Notes: generated by a model not told the origin, from the sequence alone. A stretch of 64,000 bases of DNA from Octopus vulgaris (GCA_951406725.2 OX597815.1:129828001-129892000), one strand, 5' to 3'; numbered from the stretch's first letter, positions 1 through 12,721 are shown. Numbers and translations are program-made.

Positions 1-549
1 AGAACAAAAAGAACTTTCCTTATTCTGAGCTTTCGAAGAATTAACATTCTCTCACGAAGCAATTGAATAATCTAGTTACGTAACTAAGTCATACTATCTT
101 CACTTGACTAACTACACAAAAGCTCATGCACTAATGTTGGCATATGTGCATGCTTCAATGCCTTTTTTTCTTAATTTCTCATTTTTTCTGATTCTTTCTT
201 CTTTTCCTCTATCCTCTCCCATTTTTTCTATGTTCAGCAATTCCATTATTAATGTATTGCTTTCTGTTAAGTTTATTTAGTTTTTTTTCTTCAAAATCTT
301 AAAATTCTCTTTTAGTTTTTGTTTTTCCGACACTTAAGGCACACTACTCTGTTTAGGGGAAATTATTCATCTCTCCTACCTAGAGGTTTGTACCTCAACG
401 GTAGGGGAAACTGTTTATCAATTTTTCCAAAAGTTTTTTTTTTGTTTCAAAGAAGTATAGGACGAACAATTGGAAAGAGAAGGAATTACATGGCTAATTC
501 ATGTAACAAACCGAAGAATTTTGATGTAATGAACGCTGATTGTGAGTGA

Positions 550-1250
550 CAAATGAAAATTTGAAACAAGGCACTAAATCTCTAATTAAAGCTACCCAGA
601 ATCAAGTTATTAGAACGAACTTGATGAAAATAAGATTAATAAAATTCAGTGAGAGAGCAAACACAGAATCTGTGGAAGAGGAAGCGAAAGTACTAACCTC
701 TTGAATGAGTGTAGTAAACTGGCGCAAAAAGAGTATAAGCGTAAGCATAACTGTATTGGTAAAAACTGTGCATAGAGTTGTTAGCCGAGTGTGAGTAGCA
801 GAAACTAGCAAAAAAAAAAAAAATGGTATGAATAATAATTACAAGATTTTATAGGATTTCTTCACAAAGACTGACCATACTACTGAAATAAGGAGACCAG
901 ATGTGATCATAGAAAGCAAAGTAAACAGAGTAAGATCATAGACTGCGTAAACTCATTGAGTGGATACCAAATAAATTAAGAAAATTTAGAACTATCAGGA
1001 GTAATGAAGTAATTGTGGAAGACAAAGGTGACAATTGTTCCTGTGGTAACTTGTACACTTGGCAAAACACCCAAACAGCTACCTAGGAGACTGAAGGATA
1101 CTGGAATTAAGTGAAGCATTGTTGACTTACAGAAAAGTGCCACCCTGTATTCTACAAGAATTCCAAGAAAGATTCGTGAGATTTGAGGAGACTTGTTCCA
1201 CATACCTCAAAACATCCCCGTCAACTAATGTAACATTTAAAAGCTCGAAC
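550..1250 (+). mobile_element. Decayed 3' fragment of an R4/Dong-like (restriction-like endonuclease) non-LTR retrotransposon, followed by an (AAT/AAC)n tail
   Basis: Broken frames give RRPDVII (~890-910) and VTIVPVVTCTLG (~1028-1063), matching the RLE PD motif and C-terminal VPxVxGxLG motif. The same motifs occur in the longer copy at 37160-39582. Confidence 0.65.
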
Positions 1251-1318
1251 AATAATAACAGCAATAATAATAAAAGCAAAACAACAGCAACAACAAGAGT
1301 AGTAGCAGCAGCAGTAGC

Positions 1319-1356
<38 letters not shown>

Positions 1357-1394
1357 AAAAAAACAAAACAAAAAAAAACAACTATAGTAATAAT

Positions 1395-1582
1395 TGAATA
1401 TTTTTCTGCGCGTTTACACTGCAGCATTGTTATGTTTGTGGATATATTCGGTCTTCGCTATTATTCGAGTTGACTCAGGATTGGCTACTCACATAAATTC
1501 TATCAATAATAAGACTAATCCTGAATTAACTCGAATAATAAGCGAAGACTGAATACATCCACAAACAACAGAAAAATATTCA
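1395..1582. repeat. Fold-back inverted repeat (hairpin element)
   Basis: tgtttgtggatatattcggtcttcgctattattcgagttgactcaggatt is the near reverse complement of aatcctgaattaactcgaataataagcgaagactgaatacatccacaaaca. Outer tgaatatttttctg pairs with cagaaaaatattca. Confidence 0.85.
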
Positions 1583-1692
1583 GCTATTACAAAATCAAGA
1601 TAATTGAGAGGAAGTAAGAACGTCAGCCAAACATGGTCACTGACAGCAATGATTGTCCCCATCTATTGGCATATATCTATCTACACCTGTTA

Positions 1693-1904
1693 GGCGGCGA
1701 GCTGGCAGAAACGTTAGCAGGCCGGGCGAAATGCGTAGCCGTATTTAGTCTGCCGTTACGTTCTGAGTTCAAATTCCGCCGAGGTCGACTCCGCCTTTCA
1801 TCCTTTCGGGGTCAATAAATTAAGTACCAGTTACGCACTGGGGTCGATGAAATTGACTTAATCTCTTTGTCTGTCTTTGTTTGTCCCCTCTATGTTTAGC
1901 TCCT
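1693..1904 (+). mobile_element. tRNA-derived SINE, family A (full copy)
   Basis: Head ggcggcgagctggcagaaacgttagc, B-box-like gagttcaaattcc, core gcctttcatcctttcggggtc.ataaattaagtacc. More than 20 related copies occur in the window. Confidence 0.9.
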
Positions 1905-1924
1905 AATATATTTATCATCTACAC

Positions 1925-2150
1925 TTGTCAGAGATAAAAGTCAATAAACCTGACATGGTGAACAGGGACGAGAAGGACAGGATGTGTATACTTATCGACA
2001 TTGAAATGCATCCCGAAAGAAATACTTCCAGTACAATCACAAAAAAGCTGAATAAATACAAAAACTTGGAGATCGAAATAAAACATGATGAAGACCGGAA
2101 TAATGCAATTGGAATAACAGGAATCTTAAAAAAAAAGGGAATTGAAAAGT
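1925..2150 (+). mobile_element. R4/Dong-like LINE RLE-domain fragment
   Basis: ORF 1925-2272 contains KVNKPDMV...CILIDI...KLNKYKNLEIEI, the PD..D..K(Y) signature of RLE endonucleases. Confidence 0.65.
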
Positions 2151-2299
2151 TTGCCAACCGTATTCTAGCCGACATTAAATGGGATACGGTTGGCAAACTT
2201 TATCCATTAACTTGGAATAACTCATTCAATAAAGAGTTCTGTAAATCAACTGACATCTTTCCAATAGTGTAACACGCCCATAGTTTGGACTCGTCTTTA

Positions 2300-2800
2300 C
2301 AGGATATAGGTAGTCAGCACAAACGTCAGACGCGCAGATAAGACTGCAAGTGTGATAGGAACAGCAGTGTTATGTGCAGGAAGAGACGCTTTTCAATGTC
2401 TTTCATTGCTTGCCTTGAAGCATGCAGATACTACTCGACTCAAAGTTGCGTGCTACTCTTAAGAATCGGCAGCGCCACTTACATCGGATCACAGCCATCG
2501 CCTCAAGTTCCTATGGTTGGAATTAGAACTACTTCAGCTACAATCAAAAGTTGTCCCTATAGCGCTATTTTGGGTGACTCTGAGCGTAACTGCCTTGATC
2601 TAGCCACCTGCAAGATATCTTTGAGGCATTCTGGGCTTGTCCAGATTGATTATGTAGCCTATCCATCTGAGGTGAGCCTAAATAATGTCTTTGATGCATG
2701 TGGAATTGGTTCTATCAGTTCGTTAGGGCTGATGACACGGTCGTGCAAGCGAATTTGCAAGATGAATCGTAGGGGAACGTTGTGTAATTGCTCAAGCTGT
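2300..2800 (-). mobile_element. Decayed RTE-clade LINE 3' end
   Basis: Minus strand reads AHLRWIGYIINLDKPRMPQRYL...HPK*RYRD, resembling the LRWxGHxxRMxxxRxPK..G.P..R..D C-terminal region of RTE ORF2. Confidence 0.55.
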
Positions 2801-2824
2801 TAGACATGTTTGCGATAGAGCGGA

Positions 2825-2856
<32 letters not shown>

Positions 2857-3324
2857 AGAGAGAGAGTGAGAGCAAAAGGAAGCTAGAGAAAGTCATGATG
2901 GTTTTTCCTATATAATCTTAATTTATATTTAATTTTAAACATACGGCGTCTTCTTAGAAGTTCCGACAAATTTTAGTCACGATTAAATTTAAAGTTATTC
3001 TCAGTTTGAAATTTATTTCCTTTACTATTGTTTAATTCTATAATTGCATTTGTGCTTACATACTAAGTTACCCTGCAATACACAACACAGAGAGATTGAG
3101 TTTGAAGCACTGCTTCGTTTATTAGTTTACGCATGTATGCTACAGTAGCATTACAGTGTCTGTAGAGTTTAAATACTTGGGAAGAATTATTCGTATGTCA
3201 TATCTGTATTCTGTTGCACAAAAGTTTTAAAGCAAGTTTTTATTGCCTTCTACTTAATGTATAATTACTTCGTTCAAATTTCGAAATGATAATCACAGAC
3301 AAAATGATTTAATAAGCATAAGCA

Positions 3325-3351
3325 TGTGTGTGTGTGTTTAAGTGTGTATGT

Positions 3352-3383
<32 letters not shown>

Positions 3384-3392
3384 ACACACATG

Positions 3393-3466
<74 letters not shown>

Positions 3467-3500
3467 AGCATGTATTTATGCATGTACGTGTGTGTATGTG
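3325..3500. repeat. Compound (CA)n-(TA)n-(TG)n microsatellite
   Basis: Directly visible dinucleotide runs. Confidence 0.95.
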
Positions 3501-3765
3501 AAATTGAAGTCAGTCGGCTTCTGTACATATGCTGAGAAACCGGGAGGAAGTCTGTACGGAAACGAACGTTGTTTTAAATATATATTAAGATATATAATAG
3601 GATAACGTGCCTGCCTGCCTGCCTGTCTGTCTGTCTGTTTGTACATATGTATGTACGTACGTATAATATGTATGTTATAAACAACATACATAGAGACATA
3701 ACTTTCGCCCACAAACAAATGCTGTACACATGCACACGGTACGGTCACAGTTACACACATATATT

Positions 3766-4172
3766 TCTTTATTGCCCACAGGGGGTTAAACATAGTGGGG
3801 ACAAACAAGAACAGAGAAAAGGGATTAACTCGATTACATCGAATCCAGTGCGTAACTGGTACTTAATTTATTGACCCCCAAAGGATGAAAGGCAAAGTCG
3901 GCGGAATTTGAACTCAGAATGTTGCGGCAGACGAAATACCTATCTCTTTACTACCCACAAGGGGCTAAACACAGAGAGGACAAACAAGGACAGACAAACG
4001 GATTAAGTCGATTTCATCGACCCCAGTGCGTAACTGGTACTTAATTTATCGACCCCGAAAGTATGAAAGGCAAAGTCGACATCTGCGGAATTTGAACTCG
4101 GAACGTAATGGCAGACGAAATACAGCTACGCGTTTTGCCCGGCGTGCTAACGTTTCTGTCAGCTCGTCACCT
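3766..4172 (-). mobile_element. Two head-to-tail SINE family A copies (one 5'-truncated)
   Basis: Reverse complement of 1693-1904 occurs twice (3766-3940, 3944-4172). Confidence 0.9.
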
Positions 4173-4333
4173 TTACATATATATACACGTGTACGCACCA
4201 CATAAATAAGCACATATCAACTGCTAAACACAAGCGTTTGCATGCACACACACACACACACACATTAGTCTCATGTACACACGTCCATACACAAACTCAC
4301 ACATATACACACGTCCATATGCGCGTGTGCGTG

Positions 4334-4364
<31 letters not shown>

Positions 4365-5283
4365 TGCACATCACACCACACAACACATACACTAGGTTAC
4401 TTGTACACATGCACACACACACCCAGGCCTTGCGTTTGTACACACACATGATAACCACACGCATACGTGCACACATATAATAACCTCATACATACATCCA
4501 GTACATGTAACGCATATCACTCCATCAGCGTAATTATCTCCTTTTCATTCTGCCTTCTGGCTATCTCCTCATGTTGAACCATTAATCACTAAAAAAATTC
4601 TCTCTACGTTTTTTAAAAAAAATTTCTCTCGCTCGTCAGTTGTCGACTGTTTTGCTACTCCTTATTTCGTGCTTTTAACGACAAGATAGGAAAACTTCAT
4701 AAGACAGCAGCATCCAGACATTTTTAAAATATAGAATTTGTGGAGAGTTAGGGCTTCGAACGAACAAACAACAACTGAGTGGACGTACAAAGTAAACAAT
4801 CGACGAAGACAAACATTAAGGACCGTTAAGCTAAGACGAATTGTGATGGGCAACGCCTGGGAGAAATTTTTAAAAGGAAATAGAATAAATAGAAGAGAAG
4901 AAAATAGTAGAAGAGAAAAAATATCGGGAGGCGAGAGAAATGACGCCCAGCCCAGTTGACGTCTTGCCCAGAAAAACAAGAGAAATGAGTAGTAGTCACG
5001 TGTGAGCAACAGGTAGAAGGGAAGGGGGACAAGAGAGAGGATGAGGGAAATAAACAAAGAGAGTGAGGAGAAGGGAGAAGGAACGAAAGATAGTAGGGAG
5101 TGGAGAAAGAAGGAAAAGGGACAGCAAAGAAGGAGGGGGAGAAAGGAAAATATAGAGGATTATAGAGGGATAAAGAGAAAGAAAGAATACAGAGTGTGGA
5201 GTCGCAGAAATTATAGATAAATGTAAGAACTTACTGTGTACACGGCTGCGTGGCATTCGATTATAAGTAAATAAAACTTACAA

Positions 5284-5589
5284 ATTAAGTACAGGACATT
5301 ACCAAACGAGTGAAAAAGTACGTAAACACACGAGAGATAAGTACAGGACAAAATACCAAAAGAAGATAACTTGCTCGTCAGTTGTCGACTGTTTTACTAT
5401 TCCCTATTTCATTCTTTTGGGAAGACTTCATAAGACAGCAGCATCCGAAGTTTTCCTATCTTGTTAAAAGCACAACAGTAAAACAGTCGACAACTGACGA
5501 GCGAATTATCCTCTTTTGGTATTTTGTTCTGTACTTATCTCTCGTGTGTTTACGTATGTTTCACTCGTTGGTGATGTTCTGTACTTAAT
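5284..5589. repeat. Long fold-back palindrome (~115 bp arms), with a partial extra copy of its core at 4630-4718
   Basis: attaagtacaggacattaccaaacgagtgaaa...gctcgtcagttgtcgactgttttact pairs with agtaaaacagtcgacaactgacgagc...gatgttctgtacttaat. Confidence 0.9.
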
Positions 5590-5591
5590 GG

Positions 5592-5592
<1 letters not shown>

Positions 5593-5675
<83 letters not shown>
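5593..5675. repeat. (TATC)n microsatellite
   Basis: Visible tetranucleotide run. Confidence 0.95.
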
Positions 5676-5699
5676 GCACATACATATATAAATTTTTTT

Positions 5700-6775
5700 A
5701 TATACCCAGGCCTATTCCCCATTTTTAGGAGCGGGTAGCCACAAGATACACATCAGGCATTCCATTCATTCCCCAGCTCAAAGAGGCGAGCCCCGTTCTA
5801 TGCTCGGGTCAAAGAAGAGAACGCAACTCCCAATATCAGCAGCGGGGTCCGACAGGATGTACTGGTTTGCCCCCCGCCGCATCATGCTGGTTCCGTACCC
5901 CTTTGAGCAACATCGCATTCACTTATCCGTCCACAGACACTCTCCAAGCTTCCCTATCATTTATAAACTCTCTTACCTCTCTCACTTCAACACCTGTAAC
6001 CACCAAAGCTTTCCTCACTCCATCCCTCCACACAAACTGAGGTCTGCCTCTTGTTCTGCTGCCAATCACTTCTGCCTTCATCACCCACCTTACCATCCAC
6101 TCCTCATCCATCCTCTCCATGTGGCCAAACCACCTCAACGTTTGTCTATCCATTTTGGTTGTTGGTTTTTCTCTCATTCCTGCTCGCCTTCGCACCTCCT
6201 CATTCCTCATCCTGTCCTTCCGTTTCACACCAACCATAGCCCTCAAACATCTCATCTCAAACACTTCTAGTCTCCTCCTTTCCGCCTCTCTCATCCCCCA
6301 TGTTTCTGCACCATATAACATTATAGGCACAGTCATGCCCTCATACACACTTCTTTTCGCTTTCATAACAACCTTTTATCTCTCAGCATACCTTTCACAG
6401 CTCCAAGTATCTTGCTCCTCTCCCTCACTCTAAAATCCCACTTCCTCAGCCAATCCCCCATCCGCCGTCACATGTGATCCCAGATACTTAAAAACAATCA
6501 CTTCTGACATCTCACTTCCTCTAACATCTCACCTCCTCTAACATCTCACCAGTTATACTCAATTCCATCCTACCAGCCATTCCATATCTCGAACATCTCA
6601 TAAGCTTACTCTTAGCTATATTCCCTTTCAGCTTCCTCCTCTCACACACTCTTCCAAACTCTATCAACAATCTCCCGAGTTGCTCTTCCGAATCCGCTAC
6701 CAGTGCTGTATCATCAGCAAACACCTGACTCACCTGCTATTTCTCTCCATTTTCTTCCACCATTTGGGCTCCCAA
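5700..6775 (-). mobile_element. RTE-clade LINE, 5'-truncated 3' part (RT C-terminus and 3' UTR), frameshifted
   Basis: ORFs 6521-6733 (VFADDTALVADSEEQL..FGRVCERRKLK) and 5923-6366 (VPIMLYGAETW..RRLEVFEMRCLR..LRWFGHMERM..RGRP) plus FKYLGS near 6480-6495. Confidence 0.9.
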
Positions 6776-7277
6776 ATAGTGGGAGAAAATGAAGAGAATA
6801 AAATTATTTAAGATCGTAAAACTTTAAATAAAAACTATATTCCCATTCAACTGCACAAATTTTTTTTGCACAAACTCTAATGAATTCTAACTGAAAATTG
6901 TTACTCAGACTTTAATACCTTAAACTGAAATAGTATAAATCCAAATATCTGTGAACTAAACTGTAAAAGTAAATTTTTAAGAATTGCGCTTTTATAGAAA
7001 CGAACAACATATCAATGTCATACATCGAATTCACTAAGAATCCCTTCAAATTAAGGTATAACCAACGTTCGTATATGTTCCGTTACCATAACAGCAATGA
7101 CACTTCCATTTCGATTTTTATGTGGAATCTCCGACTGATAAATATCAAATATTAAATGTTAAAGGATGATTTCCTCTTTCCTTAATTCTTAAACAAGAAG
7201 CAAATATGCTTGCCAAATTTGTACAACAGAATATCTAGAAAAATCTCTTTGTAAACATATAACACCTTAAACTGACA

Positions 7278-7591
7278 TCCGTCGGTTACGATGACGAGGG
7301 TTTCAGTTGGCCGTCAACCGAACAGCCCGCTCGTGAAATTAACAAGCAAGTGGCTGAGCACTCTACAGCCACGCGTACATTTAACGCAGTTGTCATGGAG
7401 ATTCAACATGACGCAGAATGTGACAAGGTTGGTCCTTTCAAATACATGTGCAACTCATTTTTGCCAGTTGCGTGGACTGGAGCGACCCAAAATAAAATGC
7501 TTTGCTCAAGGACTGATCGCGCCGCCGAGAATCGAACTCTCGACCTTGTAATTATGAGCTGAATACTCTAACCACTATTCCACACGCCTTC
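7278..7591 (-). mobile_element. tRNA-derived SINE, family D
   Basis: Minus-strand tRNA-like head (tagtggttagagt...gagttcgattctc), ccttgagcaa motif and body gtgctcagccacttgc..ttaatttcacgagc. A homologous copy lies at 53093-53420. Confidence 0.8.
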
Positions 7592-7723
7592 CCATAAACC
7601 TCTTAACTGCCATCTAAAATGTACACCATCTTGTGCACCTGGAATATTTAAAGCATTAATGCATTTGAAACCTCTTCTCTACTCTAACTTGTGGAGATCA
7701 ACAATAATATTCAAGCGTTAATT

Positions 7724-7938
7724 AAGGCACTGAGCTGGCAGAAAAGTTAGCATGCCGGGCGAAATGCTTAGCAGTATTTCGTCTGCCTTTACGTTCTGAA
7801 TTCAAATTCTGCTGCGGTCGACTTTGCCTTTCATTCCTTCGGGGTTGATAAATTAAGTACCTGTTGCGTACTGGGATCGATGTAATCGACTGGCCTCCTC
7901 CCTCAAAATTTCGTGCCTTATGCCTCGAGTAGAAAAGA
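7724..7938 (+). mobile_element. SINE family A
   Basis: Homologous to 1693-1904. Confidence 0.9.
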
Positions 7939-8739
7939 ATATTCAAACGTTAATTATCTATAAGTGCCGAGCAATCATTAATTTTTACAAACACTATATC
8001 TGTTTTACATTCGACATCAAATCTTCGCTGAGGATAATCGATATAAAAGCTGTTGATATTGATACACACCTCAATTGTTTAACCAACTGTCTTCAAATCC
8101 ATTTGCAATTGTACATTTTGAACAATGTACAAAAACTTCATTTACTCTTATAATTAAGATATTAATTTCAGTCGAAATTACAACAGTAGATCATAAAGCT
8201 GTGCCAAATACATTTGTATTTTTTTTATATACTTAATGTAACTGCTTTATTACATAGTCAAACACCTTCTGACATTATTTATTTTTGCATCAAAAACTAT
8301 ACTCATCCGTACTTTAAATTCGATAATTACCCAGACATGTAAGTAACTTCCATCCTAGACCATAGGTTATATACTACTTACATATAATTACATTGAACAA
8401 GCAAATACTACTACAATAGCCTAATTTAAATTAATGTGAGATTTTACAAACATATCTATCTTATTCCTGACTAATTACATGTTAGTTTGTTTTGTTCCCA
8501 CCCAAAGTATTTCCCCCACTATTAATCTGCATACATATTCTACACAATATAATTACAAACAGTAGTCCCCTCTTAATTATTAGACAATCCCATGTTAATT
8601 GATATTTTGCTTAAGCAATGAATGTTATATCTCGTTTCCATTATACACCTAAACATTATATATAACACCTATTTCTTATTGCTGTACATGCTTCTCCCAT
8701 CTCTGACTGTACCAAAATGTCTAGCAGTAAATGTAAATT

Positions 8740-8885
8740 TATCGACCCCAGTGCGTAACTGGTTTTTAATGTATCGACCCCGAAAGGCAAAGTCGACCTC
8801 GGCGGAATTTGAACTCAGAACGTAGCGACGGGAGAAATAGCGCTAAGCATTTCGCCCGGTATGCTAGCGATTTTGCCAGCTCGCC
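8740..8885 (-). mobile_element. SINE family A (partial)
   Basis: Reverse complement of the family A head and core. Confidence 0.8.
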
Positions 8886-8904
8886 TGATGCAATATTAGG
8901 CAGT

Positions 8905-9384
8905 TGCTCTCATGGCTTCTGATCTTAACTGATCGGAAGTGTTAACATGTATATGTTTTGTCTGGCATAAAAAGATGAGGCACAACAAATATTCTGTTCG
9001 ATACCACAGGTTTGCTTGTCAGTTGCTTGTCCCTTAGTGACCGACAGTGTGTGCATCTCTGATCAGGAGCAGGAGTAGTGGGAGAATATTATATGTGCTG
9101 AAGGGTTGGGATAATATACCTCTGGAAACATGGTATTTCTTTCAATATCCTTAAACAACCCTTAATCCGGGACTATCTGAGCAGGATGGGCTACACGATC
9201 TGAAGAAAATTCTAACCGGGCACCACCTGCAAGGTTATGCGTAGTTTATTTGGACATAATGTCAGTATGTCACGTACATATATCTGGTGTACCCTTATCA
9301 GACGGGTAGTCATGATGGGTATACTAGGCCTCGAATATTTGTACTCTAGTGTCACTTTGATGGTGTGCACTGCTCTCTTACTCA
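8905..9384 (+). mobile_element. ~500 bp non-coding retroelement 3' end, copy 1, with (AAT/GAT)n tail
   Basis: Closely similar to 9575-10104 (tggcttctgatcttaactgat...gcactgctctct); ends at a trinucleotide run. Confidence 0.8.
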
Positions 9385-9411
9385 ATAATGATGATGGTCA
9401 TGATGATAATA

Positions 9412-9458
<47 letters not shown>

Positions 9459-9488
9459 GATGATGATGATGATAATAATAATAATAAT

Positions 9489-9553
<65 letters not shown>
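9384..9553. repeat. (GAT)n-(AAT)n microsatellite
   Basis: Visible run. Confidence 0.95.
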
Positions 9554-9555
<2 letters not shown>

Positions 9556-9574
9556 GCCATGATGCAGTTAGTGG

Positions 9575-10103
9575 CTCCCGTGGCTTCTGATCTTAACTGA
9601 TTGGAAGTGTTATCAAGTACGTTGTTTTGTCTTGGTATAAAAGATGGGCTACAACAAATATTCTGCTCAACACCATAGATTTGCTTGTCAGTTGTTTGAC
9701 TTTAACCAGTTGAGCATGTCTCTTAGTGGCTGACGATATGTGCATCTCTGATCACGATCAGAAGTAATAGGGGAGCATCATAGCTATGTGTTGAGAGGGA
9801 TTCTTTGGGGTTTGAATAATTCACCTCTGGAAACATGGGTGTTTCGTTCAACATCCTTAAACGACCCTTATTCAGGGACCTTTTGAAATGGGATGGGTTA
9901 CTCGACCAGGAGATAATTCTAACTGGGCCCACCTGCAAGGTCATGTGCTGTTTATCTTGATATGAGATCACCATGTCGCGCACATATGGTTGTGATGCAT
10001 GTGCCTAGTGTACCCTTATCAGACGGGTAGTCATGATGGGTATATTGGGCTTCGTATATTTTACCCCAGTGTCACTTTGATGGCATGCACTGCTCTCTCA
10101 CGC

Positions 10104-10104
<1 letters not shown>
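9575..10104 (+). mobile_element. ~500 bp non-coding retroelement 3' end, copy 2, with (AAT)n tail
   Basis: Direct repeat of 8905-9384, followed by (AAT)n at 10105-10168. Confidence 0.8.
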
Positions 10105-10150
<46 letters not shown>

Positions 10151-10169
10151 TAATAATAATAATAATAAT

Positions 10170-10452
10170 GCAAAACAAGCAATATAAACAAGTGTATGAA
10201 GCAACTCCCTGGTAACTTCAATCTCGGTGAACTACAAATCATAACCTTGATGGGTACAGCCCATATACTACGGAAAGCACTCTCCACCTAAAATGGAATA
10301 AATGTAGCAATAATTTTAGCATATATAGCAAAACAAAAGTGCCCTTGTTACTCTTGGCCGCTGGAGGATGCCCGGTGCTAAGGCAGCTGAAATAAAGTTA
10401 TAATGAAAGGAATAAATAAATAAATGAATAAATAAATAAAAATAAAAATAAA

Positions 10453-10538
<86 letters not shown>

Positions 10539-10820
10539 GGGGTACTCGGAGCACTAACAACCAAGTTAGAGAAATATGTCAAAGAAATCGGGATTGACAT
10601 GAAAGCAGAGCCAGCCCCCAAAACTGCTCCGCTGGGGGACATCTAGGATTTTGAGATTGGTACTTTGATGTTGACTGTCTCCAACAATAATTAACAACCA
10701 CGTATCAAAGCTTATAATGTGCGGAAAGAGACCATGTGTGACCTCTGACAGCAAGCTTCAGTCCGGTCTCACAGAATCTACCAGAGCAAAAATGGCCGAA
10801 CGTTCTGAGAAGTAAAACAG
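10170..10820 (+). mobile_element. Two short R4/Dong-like 3' end fragments separated by (AAT)n
   Basis: LQIITLMGTAHILRKALS (~10230-10288) and GVLGALTTKLEKYVKEIGI...LGTSRILRLVL (~10540-10668) resemble the RLE C-terminal LQK..LLGT.RILR motif. Confidence 0.6.
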
Positions 10821-10829
10821 CAGCAACAA

Positions 10830-11960
10830 CAACAACAACAATGGGCAAACAATGAGAGCAGTTGAGACAGGACAGTGATATAAGAACTTCGGAATACTGG
10901 AAGTAGACGAAATAGAAAAGAAATGGAACAAATTACCAGTCGGGAGTACACAAGGAGAGTAAGAAAATTGCAATCAAAGCTAAATTCAAAAATCTTATTG
11001 ACGCAATAAATTCAAGAGCAGTACTCTTAATCAGATATGGAGTATGCTTAATAGCTGTACAAGAATGTATACGTATGGAAAGAAAAAGCCTAGTAGAGTA
11101 TTTACAGAGCAGCACAGAAAAACTACTAAAGACTGTAAATAAAAAACAATGATCAAGCGCGTAGTGGGAGAAAAGAACAAGAATGGAATACAAAAAGAGC
11201 GCGTCAGACAGATCGAAGTGAAACCGCTGCATGGTCAATTTTGGAGAGCCACTGAAGATGTATGTGGGATAAAATCCTGGGCTTGATTAAAAGAAGGACA
11301 ATTAAAAAAAGAAACAGACAACCTAATTGTAGCAGCCAAACATCAAGCGATTAAAACAAACAACTTGAGAAAAAATATACATGGAGAGAATGTCAGAAAA
11401 ATGTAGAGCCTGTGGAACATGGAACGAGACAGTGGCACACATTGTGGAAGAATGCTCCAAGTTGGCACCGGAAGGATTTAAGAAATGGAGGCAAGATCAC
11501 GTTGTAAAAGTTTTACACTGGAAACTATGCCAGAAATGGGAATTTGAAGCTGGAAACTCATGTTGAAAGAGTACAAGTGTCGGAGAAATGTAAGATTTTG
11601 TGTCGCCTTCCAATTCAAACGGACAAGAAGTTAGAAAATAACAGACCAGACATAACGATTGCCCGTTTGATCTCAGGGTCGTAAAGAAAGAGGACGAAAA
11701 AAGAAATACAACCTCTTGAAATTTGAGATGGGAAGAATTTGGAGCATGAGAACAGTAAAAGTTGTGCCTTTAATAATTGGTGCGTAAGCAAAGATATAGA
11801 TAAATATCTGAAGGAGATTGGAATAGAATGCCCGGTAGAGCTCCCACAGAAAGTTTGTCTCTTATAGGGACAGCAAGGATTATCAGAAGAGTTCTAAGCA
11901 CTTGAAAAACTGCTGAAAACTTGTGTATACCTAAGGTTACAGGCAGTAAGCATCTACCCA
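10830..11960 (+). mobile_element. Decayed R4/Dong-like LINE 3' portion
   Basis: YKNFGILE, KPLHGQF, zinc knuckle CRACGTWNETVAHIVEEC, NRPDI, VVPLIIGA, CLxGTARIIRRVL. Confidence 0.8.
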
Positions 11961-12393
11961 CATAAATCCTATAAAACATAAGACTGAACCTGAACCAAAC
12001 CAAAATAATAGCAAAGACTGAATATGCTCCAAAACATAACAAGGCAGCGGCGTATTCTAATGCCTACAACTTTGTAATATACAGTACATTTTGCACAAGT
12101 CACACTTTATATAACATTTCATGTAATGAAACACTTAGTACCACCTCTTTGGAGATAATTATTCTAAAATTACTAATTTGCAATTCAAACTCGGTATTTA
12201 CCCGATTTTGGCATACAAAGGTGTATGTAGTACTTAAATATAATTATATTGAACCGAATAAACACTTCTATTATTATAGTAACCTTATCTAAATCAACTC
12301 GATATTTTCTTTTATTTTAGACATATTACAATTTCGTTTGTCCTTTCACAACCACCAAGCTTTTATCCTATTGCTTCTTCCACACGCGCACGT

Positions 12394-12495
<102 letters not shown>

Positions 12496-12721
12496 ATAAC
12501 AGCTTCTAATTTCTTTTATTATTCCATTCATATCTTATTCATTTAACATGTCGCTTGCAATTACGATCAACAGCTTGATTTAGTATGTTACTGTCCAACA
12601 GGATATTTAGTAATAGGGGAGACTCAGCAATGAAAGCAGAGTGAAATTCATTAAAAATTACACACAAACATACATTTGAAAATCCAGTACTCAATATACA
12701 CATACAGTTCCATACGTATTA

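Noticed and set aside
22-60. Minus-strand hammerhead-like ttcgtgagagaat-gtta-attcttcGAAAGCTCagaa
   Set aside because: The 5' core is not CTGANGA; at best a decayed copy, and its context is cut by the window edge.
1119-1427. Poly-T/V/C ORFs
   Set aside because: Translations of (AAC)n/(AAT)n repeats.
9237-9600. Poly-D/N/I/M ORFs
   Set aside because: Microsatellite translations.
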